A DNA stretch of 64,000 nt. Source: Eledone cirrhosa (Eukaryota). Both the position numbers and the translations under genes were made by a program. Shown here one piece after another: positions 55,260 through 64,000 of this stretch (within the stretch, counting starts at the first letter, position 1; every line of letters starts with the position of its first letter). Below the pieces are notes generated by a model. That model was given only the letters and a program-made list of their open reading frames with translations. It was not told where the DNA came from and did not search any database. The stretch spans positions 321,532,001-321,596,000 of the forward strand of contig OZ024743.1 of NCBI GenBank assembly GCA_964016885.1. Direction: 5' to 3'.

Positions 55260-58095
55260 AAGTGGAGCCACACAGCAACATTGTGTTGAAGTGGAGCCAC
55301 ACAGCAACATTGTGCTGAAGTGGAGCCACTCAGCAATATTGTGTTGAAGTGGTGCCACACAGCAACATTGTGCTGAAGTGGACCCACACACCAACATTGT
55401 GCTGAAGTGGGGCCACACAGCAACATTGTGTTGAAGTGGAGCCATACAGCAAAATTGTGTTGAAGGGGAGCCACACAGCAACATTGTGTTGAAGTGGTGT
55501 CTCACAGCAACATTGTGTTGAAGTGGAGCCACACAGCAACATTGTGCTGAAGTTGAGCCACACAGCAACATTGTGTTCAGGTGGAGCCACACGGCAACAT
55601 TGTGTTGAAGTGGAGCCACACAGCAATATTGTGTTCAAGTGGAGCCACACAGCAATATTGTGTTCAAGTGGAGCCACATAGCAACATTGTGTTGAAGTGG
55701 ACCCACACAGCAACATTGTGTTGAAGTGGAGCCACACATCAACATTGTGTTGAAGTGGAGCCACACAGCAACATTGTGTTGAAGTGGACCCACATAGCAA
55801 CATTGTGTTGAAGTGGAGCCACACAGCAACATTGTGTTGAAGTGGAGCCACACAGCAACATTGTGTTGAAGTGGAGCCACACAGCAATATTGTGTTGAAG
55901 GGGACCCACACAGCAACATTGTGTTGAAGTGGAGCCACACAGCAACATTGTGTTGAAGTGGAGCCACACAGCAACATTGTGTTGAAGTGGAGCCACACAG
56001 CAACATCGTGTTGAAGTGGAGCCACACAGCAACATTGTGTTGAAGTGGAGCCACGCAGCAACATTGTGTTGAAGTGGAGCGACACAGCAACATTGTGTTG
56101 AAGTGGAGGCCACACAGCAACATTGTGCTGAAGTGGGGCTACACAGCAACATTGTGTTGAAGTGGAGCCACACAGAAAAATTGTGTTGAAGTGGAGCCAC
56201 ACAGCAACATTGTGTTGAAGTGGAGACACACAGCAACATTGTGTTGAAGTGGAGACACACAGCAACATTGTGTTGAAGGGGAGCCACACAGCAACATTGT
56301 GTTGAAGTGGAGCCACACAGCAACATTGTGTTGAAGTGGAGCGACACAGAAACATTGTGATGAAGGGGAGCCACACAGCAACATTGTGTTGAAGTGGAGC
56401 CACACAGCGACATTGTGTTGAAGTGGAGCCACATAGCAACATTGTGTTGAAGTGGAGACATACAGCAACATTGTGTTGAAGTGGAGCCACACAGCAACAT
56501 TGTGCTGAAGGGAAGCCACACAGCAACGTTGTGTTGAAGTGGATCCACACAGCAACATTGTGTTGAAGTGGACCCACATAGCAACATTGTCCTGAAGTGG
56601 AGCCACATAGCAACATTGTCCTGAAGTGGAGCTACACAGCAACATTGCGCTGAAGTGGAGCTACACAGCAACATTGTGCTGAAGTGGAGTCAGACAGCAA
56701 CAATGTGTTGAAGTGGAGCTTCACAGCAACATTGTGCTGAAGTGGAGCCACACAGCAACATTGTGTTGAAGTGGAGCCACACAGCAACATTGTGTTGAAG
56801 TGGAGCCACACAGCAACATTGTGCTGAAGTGGAGCCACTCAGCAATATTGTGTTGAAGTGGTGCCACACAGCAACATTGTGCTGAAGTGGACCCACACAC
56901 CAACATTGTGCTGAAGTGGGGCCACACAGCAACATTGTGTTGAAGTGGAGCCATACAGCAACATTGTGTTGAAGGGGAGCCACACAGCAACATTGTGTTG
57001 AAGTGGAGTCTCACAGCAACATTGTGTTGAAGTGGAGCCACACAGCAACATTGTGCTGAAGTTGAGCCACACAGCAACATTGTGTTCAGGTGGAGCCACA
57101 CGGTAACATTGTGTTGAAGTGGAGCCACACAGCAATATTGTGTTCAAGTGGAGCCACACAGCAATATTGTGTTCAAGTGGAGCCACATAGCAACATTGTG
57201 TTGAAGTGGACCCACACAGCAACATTGTGTTGAAGTGGAGCCACACATCAACATTGTGTTGAAGTGGAGCCACACAGCAACATTGTGTTGAAGTGGAGCC
57301 ACATAGCAACATTGTGTTGAAGTGGAGCCACACAGCAACATTGTGTTGAAGTGGAGCCACACAGCAACATTGTGTTGAAGTGGAGCCACACAGCAATATT
57401 GTGTTGAAGGGGACCCACACAGCAACATTGTGTTGAAGTGGAGCCACACAGCAACATTGTGTTGAAGTGGAGCCACACAGCAACATTGTGTTGAAGTGGA
57501 GCCACACAGCAACATCGTGTTGAAGTGGAGCCACACAGCAACATTGTGTTGAAGTGGAGCCACGCAGCAACATTGTGTTGAAGTGGAGCGACACAGCAAC
57601 ATTGTGTTGAAGTGGAGGCCACACAGCAACATTGTGCTGAAGTGGAGCTACACAGCAACATTGTGTTGAAGTGGAGCCACACAGAAAAATTGTGTTGAAG
57701 TGGAGCCACACAGCAACATTGTGTTGAAGTGGAGACACACAGCAACATTGTGTTGAAGTGGAGACACACAGCAACATTGTGTTGAAGGGGAGCCACACAG
57801 CAACATTGTGTTGAAGTGGAGCCACACAGCAACATTGTGTTGAAGTGGAGCGACACAGAAACATTGTGATGAAGGGGAGCCACACAGCAACATTGTGTTG
57901 AAGTGGAGCCACACAGCGACATTGTGTTGAAGTGGAGCCACATAGCAACATTGTGTTGAAGTGAGACACACAGCAACATTGTGTTGAAGTGGAGCCACAC
58001 AGCAACATTGTGCTGAAGGGAAGCCACACAGCAACATTGTGTTGAAGTGGATCCACACAGCAACATTGTGTTGAAGTGGACCCACATAGCAACAT
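55260..58095 (+). repeat. Duplication, offset 1509 bp (52 monomers + 1 bp)
   Basis: ORF end pairs 55330/56839, 55635/57144, 55739/57248, 56139/57648. Confidence 0.87.
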
Positions 58096-58544
58096 TGTGT
58101 TGAAGAGGAGCCACACAGCAACATTGTTTTGAAGTGGAGCCACACAGCAATATTGTGTTGAAGTCGAGCCACACAGCAACATTGTGTTGAAGTGGACCCA
58201 CACAGCAACGTTGTGTTGAAGTGGAGCCACACAGCGCAACATTGTGTTGAAGTAGAGCCACATAGCAGCATTGTCCTGAAGTGGAACCACACAGCAACAT
58301 TAGTGCTGAAGTGGAGCCACATAGCAACATTGTCCTGAAGTGGAGCCACATAGCAACATTGTTCTGAAGTGGAGCTACACAGCAACATTGCGCTGAAGTG
58401 GAGCTACACAGCAACATTGTGCTGAAGTGGAGTCAGACAGCAACAATGTGTTGAAGTGGAGCTTCACAGCAACATTGTGCTGAAGTGGAGTCACACAGCA
58501 ACATTGTGTTGAAGTGGTGCTACACAGCAACATTGTGCTGAAGT

Positions 58545-61500
58545 GGACCCACACACCAACATTGTGCTGAAGTGGAGCCACACAGCAACATTGTGTTGAA
58601 GTGTAGCCACACAGCAACATTGTGTTGAAGTGGAGCCACACAGCAACATTGTGTTGAAGTGGAGCCACATAGCAACATTGTCCTGAAGTCGAGCCACACA
58701 GCAACATTTTGTTGAAGTGGAACCACACAGCAACATTGTGTTGAAGTGGAGCCACACAACAATATTGTGTTTAAGTCGACCCACACAGCAAAATTGTGTT
58801 GAAGTGGACCCACACAGCAACATTGTGCTGAAGTGGAACCACACAGCAACATTAGTGCTGAAGTGGAGCCACACAGCAACATTAGTGCTGAAGTGGAGCC
58901 ACATAGCAACATTGTCCTGAAGGGGAGCCACACAGCAACATTGTGCTGAAGAGGAGCTACACAGCAACATTGTGCTGAAGTGGAGTCACACAGCAACATT
59001 GTGTTGAAGTGGTGCCACCCAGCAACATTGTGTTGAAGTGGACCCACACACCAACATTGTGCTGAAGTGGAGCCACACAGCAACATTGTGTTGAAGTGGA
59101 GCCACACAGCAACATTGTGTTGAAGTGGATCCACGCAACAACATTGTGTTGAAGTGGATCCACACAGCAACATTGTGCTGAAGTGGAGCCACACAGCAAC
59201 ATTGTGTTGAAGTGGAGCTACACAGCAACATTGTGTTGAAGTGGAGCCACACAGCAACATTGTGTTGAAGTGGAGCAACATAGCAACATTGTGTTGAAAT
59301 GGAGCCACACATCAATATTGTGTTGAAGTGGAGCGACATAGCAACATTGTGCTGAAGTGGAGCCACATAGCAACATTGTGCTGAAGTGGATCCACGCAAC
59401 AACATTGTGTTGAAGTGGATCCACACAGCAACACTGTGTTGAAGTGGAGCCACACAGCAACATTGTGTTGAAGTGGACCCACACAGCAACATTGTGCTGA
59501 AGTGGAGCCACACAGCAATATTGTGTTGAAGTGGTGCCACACAGCAACATTGTGCTGAAGTGGACCCACACACCAACATTGTGCTGAAGTGGGGCCACAC
59601 AGCAACATTGTGTTGAAGTGGAGCCATACAGCAACATTGTGTTGAAGGGGAGCCACACAGCAACATTGTGTTCAAGTGGAGCCACATAGCAACATTGTGT
59701 TGAAGTGGACCCACACAGCAACATTGTGTTGAAGTGGAGCCACACATCAACATTGTGTTGAAGTGGAGCCACATAGCAACATTGTGCTGAAGTGGATCCA
59801 CGCAACAACATTGTGTTGAAGTGGATCCACACAGCAACACTGTGTTGAAGTGGAGCCACACAGCAACATTGTGTTGAAGTGGAGCCACACAGCAACATTG
59901 TGCTGAAGTGGACCCACACAGCAATATTGTGTTGAAGTGGTGCCACACAGCAACATTGTGCTGAAGTGGACCCACACACCAACATTGTGCTGAAGTGGGG
60001 CCACACAGCAACATTGTGTTGAAGTGGAGCCATACAGCAACATTGTGTTGAAGGGGAGCCACACAGCAACATTGTGTTGAAGTGGAGTCTCACAGCAACA
60101 TTGTGTTGAAGTGGAGCCACACAGCAACATTGTGCTGAAGTTGAGCCATACAGCAACATTGTGTTCAGGTGGAGCCACACAGCAACATTGTGTTGAAGTG
60201 GGGCCACACAGCAATATTGTGTTCAAGTGGAGCCACATAGCAACATTGTGTTGAAGTGGACCCACACAGCAACATTGTGTTGAAGTGGAGCCACACAGCA
60301 ACATTGTGTTGAAGTGGAGCCACACAGCATCATTGTGTTGAAGTGGACCCACACAGCAACATTGTGTTGAAGTGGAGCCACACAGCAACATGGTGTTGAA
60401 GTGGAGCCACACAGCAACATTGTGTTGAAGTGGAGCCACACAGCAATATTGTGTTGAAGGGGGCCCACACAGCAACATTGTGTTGAAATGGAGCCACACA
60501 GCAACATTGTGTTGAAGTGGAGCCACACAGCAACATTGTGTTGAAGTGGAGCCACACAGCAACATCGTGTTGAAGTGGAGCCACACAGCAACATTGTGTT
60601 GAAGTGGAGCCACACAGCAACATTGTGTTGAAGTGGACCCACACAGCAACATCGTGTTGAAGGGGAGACACACAGCAACATTGCGTTGAAGGGGAGCCAC
60701 ACAGCAACATTGTGTTGAAGTGGAGCCACACAGCAACATTGTGTTGAAGTGGAGCGACACAGCAACATTCTGTTGAAGTGGAGGCCACACAGCAACATTG
60801 TGCTGAAGTGGAGCTACACAGCAACATTGTGTTGAAGTGGAGCCACACAGAAAAATTGTGTTGAAGTGGAGCCACACAGCAACATTGTGTTGAAGTGGAC
60901 ACACACAGCAACATTGTGTTGAAGTGGAGACACACAGCAACATTGTGTTGAAGGGGAGCCACACAGCAACATTGTGTTGAAGTGGAGCCACACAGCAACA
61001 TTGTGTTGAAGTGGAGCGACACAGAAACATTGTGATGAAGGGGAGCCACACAGCAACATTGTGTTGAAGTGGAGCCACACAGCGACATTGTGTTGAAGTG
61101 GAGCCACATAGCAACATTGTGTTGAAGTGGAGACACACAGCAACATTGTGTTGAAGTGGAGCCACACAGCAACATTGTGCTGAAGGGGAGCCACACAGCA
61201 ACATTGTGTTGAAGTGGATCCACACAGCAACATTGTGTTGAAGTGGACCCACATAGCAACATTGTGTTGAAGAGGAGCCACACAGCAACATTGTTTTGAA
61301 GTGAAGCCACACAGCAATATTGTGTTGAAGTCGAGCCACACAGCAACATTGTGTTGAAGTGGACCCACACAGCAACGTTGTGTTGAAGTGGAGTCACACA
61401 GCGCAACATTGTGTTGAAGTAGAGCCACATAGCAGCATTGTCCTGAAGTGGACCCACACACCAACATTGTGCTGAAGTGGAGCCACACAGCAACATTGTG

Positions 61501-64000
61501 TTGAAGTGTAGCCACACAGCAACATTGTGTTGAAGTGGAGCCACACAGCAACATTGTGTTGAAGTGGAGCCACATAGCAACATTGTCCTGAAGTCGAGCC
61601 ACACAGCAACATTTTGTTGAAGTGGAACCACACAGCAACATTGTGTTGAAGTGGAGCCACACAACAATATTGTGTTTAAGTCGACCCACACAGCAAAATT
61701 GTGTTGAAGTGGACCCACACAGCAACATTGTGCTGAAGTGGAACCACACAGCAACATTAGTGCTGAAGTGGAGCCACACAGCAACATTAGTGCTGAAGTG
61801 GAGCCACATAGCAACATTGTCCTGAAGGGGAGCCACACAGCAACATTGTGCTGAAGAGGAGCTACACAGCAACATTGTGCTGAAGTGGAGTCACACAGCA
61901 ACATTGTGTTGAAGTGGTGCCACCCAGCAACATTGTGTTGAAGTGGACCCACACACCAACATTGTGCTGAAGTGGAGCCACACAGCAACATTGTGTTGAA
62001 GTGGAGCCACACAGCAACATTGTGTTGAAGTGGATCCACGCAACAACATTGTGTTGAAGTGGATCCACACAGCAACATTGTGCTGAAGTGGAGCCACACA
62101 GCAACATTGTGTTGAAGTGGAGCTACACAGCAACATTGTGTTGAAGTGGAGCCACACAGCAACATTGTGTTGAAGTGGAGCAACATAGCAACATTGTGTT
62201 GAAATGGAGCCACACATCAATATTGTGTTGAAGTGGAGCGACATAGCAACATTGTGCTGAAGTGGAGCCACATAGCAACATTGTGCTGAAGTGGATCCAC
62301 GCAACAACATTGTGTTGAAGTGGATCCACACAGCAACACTGTGCTGAAGTGGAGCCACACAGCAACATTGTGTTGAAGTGGACCCACACAGCAACATTGT
62401 GCTGAAGTGGAGCCACACAGCAATATTGTGTTGAAGTGGTGCCACACAGCAACATTGTGCTGAAGTGGACCCACACACCAACATTGTGCTGAAGTGGGGC
62501 CACACAGCAACATTGTGTTGAAGTGGAGCCATACAGCAACATTGTGTTGAAGGGGAGCCACACAGCAACATTGTGTTCAAGTGGAGCCACATAGCAACAT
62601 TGTGTTGAAGTGGACCCACACAGCAACATTGTGTTGAAGTGGAGCCACACATCAACATTGTGTTGAAGTGGAGCCACATAGCAACATTGTGCTGAAGTGG
62701 ATCCACGCAACAACATTGTGTTGAAGTGGATCCACACAGCAACACTGTGTTGAAGTGGAGCCACACAGCAACATTGTGTTGAAGTGGAGCCACACAGCAA
62801 CATTGTGCTGAAGTGGACCCACACAGCAATATTGTGTTGAAGTGGTGCCACACAGCAACATTGTGCTGAAGTGGACCCACACACCAACATTGTGCTGAAG
62901 TGGGGCCACACAGCAACATTGTGTTGAAGTGGAGCCATACAGCAACATTGTGTTGAAGGGGAGCCACACAGCAACATTGTGTTGAAGTGGAGTCTCACAG
63001 CAACATTGTGTTGAAGTGGAGCCACACAGCAACATTGTGCTGAAGTTGAGCCATACAGCAACATTGTGTTCAGGTGGAGCCACACAGCAACATTGTGTTG
63101 AAGTGGGGCCACACAGCAATATTGTGTTCAAGTGGAGCCACATAGCAACATTGTGTTGAAGTGGACCCACACAGCAACATTGTGTTGAAGTGGAGCCACA
63201 CAGCAACATTGTGTTGAAGTGGAGCCACACAGCATCATTGTGTTGAAGTGGACCCACACAGCAACATTGTGTTGAAGTGGAGCCACACAGCAACATGGTG
63301 TTGAAGTGGAGCCACACAGCAACATTGTGTTGAAGTGGAGCCACACAGCAATATTGTGTTGAAGGGGGCCCACACAGCAACATTGTGTTGAAATGGAGCC
63401 ACACAGCAACATTGTGTTGAAGTGGAGCCACACAGCAACATTGTGTTGAAGTGGAGCCACACAGCAACATCGTGTTGAAGTGGAGCCACACAGCAACATT
63501 GTGTTGAAGTGGAGCCACACAGCAACATTGTGTTGAAGTGGACCCACACAGCAACATCGTGTTGAAGGGGAGACACACAGCAACATTGCGTTGAAGGGGA
63601 GCCACACAGCAACATTGTGTTGAAGTGGAGCCACACAGCAACATTGTGTTGAAGTGGAGCGACACAGCAACATTCTGTTGAAGTGGAGGCCACACAGCAA
63701 CATTGTGCTGAAGTGGAGCTACACAGCAACATTGTGTTGAAGTGGAGCCACACAGAAAAATTGTGTTGAAGTGGAGCCACACAGCAACATTGTGTTGAAG
63801 TGGACACACACAGCAACATTGTGTTGAAGTGGAGACACACAGCAACATTGTGTTGAAGGGGAGCCACACAGCAACATTGTGTTGAAGTGGAGCCACACAG
63901 CAACATTGTGTTGAAGTGGAGCGACACAGAAACATTGTGATGAAGGGGAGCCACACAGCAACATTGTGTTGAAGTGGAGCCACACAGCGACATTGTGTTG
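58545..64000 (+). repeat. Near-identical tandem duplication, unit 2905 bp (100 monomers + 5 bp), second copy truncated by the window end
   Basis: Constant offset 2905: 58717/61622, 58986/61891, 59218/62123, 60223/63128. It contains an internal 406-bp (14-monomer) offset repeat (CCACGCAAC at ~59392 and ~59798). Confidence 0.93.

Larger units (their letters stand above)
1..64000. repeat. 29-bp tandem satellite DNA array (~2,200 monomers), runs off both window edges
   Basis: Continuous head-to-tail copies of ACATTGTGTTGAAGTGGAGCCACACAGCA or its reverse complement, with single-base variants and occasional 28-32 bp indel monomers. No intervening unique sequence was seen anywhere. Confidence 0.99.
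36525..64000 (+). repeat. Right array segment, forward orientation
   Basis: Forward monomers resume at GACATAGCAACAGTGTGCTGAAG (36525). Distinct markers (CATTAGTGCT, GGAGCTTCAC, GGAGGCCAC, CACACCAAC, GTTCAAG, GGAGTCTCAC) dominate beyond ~41 kb. Confidence 0.97.

Noticed and set aside
50581-61825. Three 67-aa plus-strand ORFs (50581, 58717, 61622)
   Set aside because: They result from a TGA>TTA variant and two +1 indel monomers that skip the periodic stop. They are copies of one satellite tract with GTG starts and no coding evidence.
9-63993. Hundreds of Cys-rich ORFs (up to 627 aa) suggesting metallothionein-, keratin-associated- or zinc-finger-like proteins
   Set aside because: They overlap in all three frames, encode the same 29-aa cycle, flip strand with the inversion and have no unique termini. 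Variation shows no codon-position pattern, and frameshifting indel monomers are common.
1-64000. CRISPR array (29-bp repeat, partial dyad, ...TTGAAG resembling some CRISPR repeat ends)
   Set aside because: The repeats abut directly with no unique spacers, no leader and no cas genes.
1-64000. Telomeric repeat, iteron array, tRNA/5S-derived repeat or CENP-B box
   Set aside because: There is no telomere-type G-rich motif, no rep gene, no Pol III A/B boxes or cloverleaf, and no CENP-B box (which needs two CpGs) in the consensus.

Overview
The whole 64-kb window is one uninterrupted tandem satellite array of a 29-bp monomer (consensus, + strand: ACATTGTGTTGAAGTGGAGCCACACAGCA; 14/29 GC, no CpG). 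I found no unique sequence, transposon, RNA gene or credible protein gene. All listed ORFs are translation artefacts of a repeat that is stop-free on one strand. The array is structured in four ways. (i) A ~7.0-kb block (29507-36524) is inverted, with base-resolvable junctions that restore monomer phase and higher-order order when flipped back. (ii) There are nested higher-order duplications with offsets of about 0.3-5.1 kb, always whole monomers plus known indel variants. (iii) Left and right domains carry different diagnostic monomer variants. (iv) A ~390-bp cassette recurs 26 kb away. The monomer contains two small dyads whose symmetry is largely kept by the commonest variants. This looks like eukaryotic (peri)centromeric or heterochromatic satellite DNA, which is an inference; I cannot name the family or organism.
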